In this document: piece after piece, positions 5,142 to 5,158 of the stretch
Numbering within the stretch: position 1 is the first letter of the stretch
Layout of the letters: each line of letters begins with the position of its first letter
Source of the DNA: Candidatus Diapherotrites archaeon CG08_land_8_20_14_0_20_30_16
Lineage (GTDB): Archaea > Iainarchaeota > Iainarchaeia > Iainarchaeales > 0-14-0-20-30-16
DNA length: 5,158 nucleotides
Direction: 5' to 3'
Assembly (NCBI GenBank): GCA_002779075.1
Contig: PEXK01000028.1
Location: forward strand, 1 to 5,158
The notes under the pieces: generated by a model
Told to the model about the DNA's origin: nothing
What the model saw: only the letters and a program-made list of their open reading frames with translations
Database searches by the model: none
Position numbers and translations under genes: made by a program

Positions 5142-5158
5142 ATGGCATTCAAATGGCT
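5142..5158 (+). CDS. 5' end of a downstream CDS (partial, runs off the right edge), beginning MAFKW...
   Basis: AGGAG at 5127-5131 lies 10 nt before the ATG at 5142. The frame is open to the window end, but only 17 nt are visible. Confidence 0.3.

Larger units (their letters stand above)
5061..5158 (+). repeat. Tandem duplication (~58-59 nt period) of an SD-plus-start-codon module
   Basis: Copy 1 is AATGttTTAGGAG (5061-5073) + 9 nt + ATGGCATTCAAATGGCT (5083-5099). Copy 2 is AATGacTTAGGAG (5119-5131) + 10 nt + ATGGCATTCAAATGGCT (5142-5158, window end). The 17-mer is identical in both copies, and the spacers between SD and ATG are unrelated. Confidence 0.75.

Noticed and set aside
5083-5158. 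Possible CRISPR array or other spaced-repeat array at the right edge
   Set aside because: Only two copies of a 17-nt repeat are visible. The repeat contains an ATG preceded by an AGGAG SD in both copies and is too short for a CRISPR repeat. It is better explained as a duplicated translation-start module.
1-5158. Mobile element, prophage or defence-island signatures
   Set aside because: There are no transposase, integrase or recombinase-like ORFs and no terminal inverted repeats. No tRNA gene is present as an integration target, and there is no compositional break. Gene density and composition look uniform across the window.

Overview
This strongly AT-rich, tightly packed window has archaeal hallmarks. 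It carries a clear TATA-box-binding protein gene (tbp, 1385..1951, minus), BRE/TATA-like promoter elements, GGTGA-type Shine-Dalgarno motifs and intergenic gaps of only 2-7 nt.

Layout, left to right:
- A partial CDS tail (2..73, +) converges on a two-gene minus-strand unit: tbp, then a 434-aa orphan (76..1380).
- An A/T-dominated divergent promoter region follows (1952..2031).
- On the plus strand come a membrane-anchored alpha/beta-domain protein (2032..2952) and a hairpin plus oligo-T terminator.
- Next is a two-gene unit: a small Zn-ribbon protein (3079..3393) and a 550-aa surface protein (3401..5053) with a signal peptide, one TM helix and a ~200-aa K/E-rich cytoplasmic tail.
- The right edge carries a duplicated RBS-plus-start-codon module.

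I see no rRNA or tRNA genes, CRISPR array, transposase, integrase or recognisable defence gene. Only tbp can be assigned a function with confidence. The other genes are orphan-like, as is typical of small-genome, low-GC (DPANN-like) archaea; that lineage call is an inference.

I cannot support the presence of a defined novel system from the sequence alone. The points most worth following up are:
1. tbp is translationally coupled to an orphan with ordered protein-kinase-like motifs.
2. The two TBP repeats are unusually similar to each other.
3. A BRE/TATA module is duplicated over the tbp 5' end.
4. T9 and C7 homopolymer tracts sit at the 5' end of the surface-protein gene.
5. The SD-plus-start module at the right edge creates a 7-codon uORF identical to the start of the next gene.
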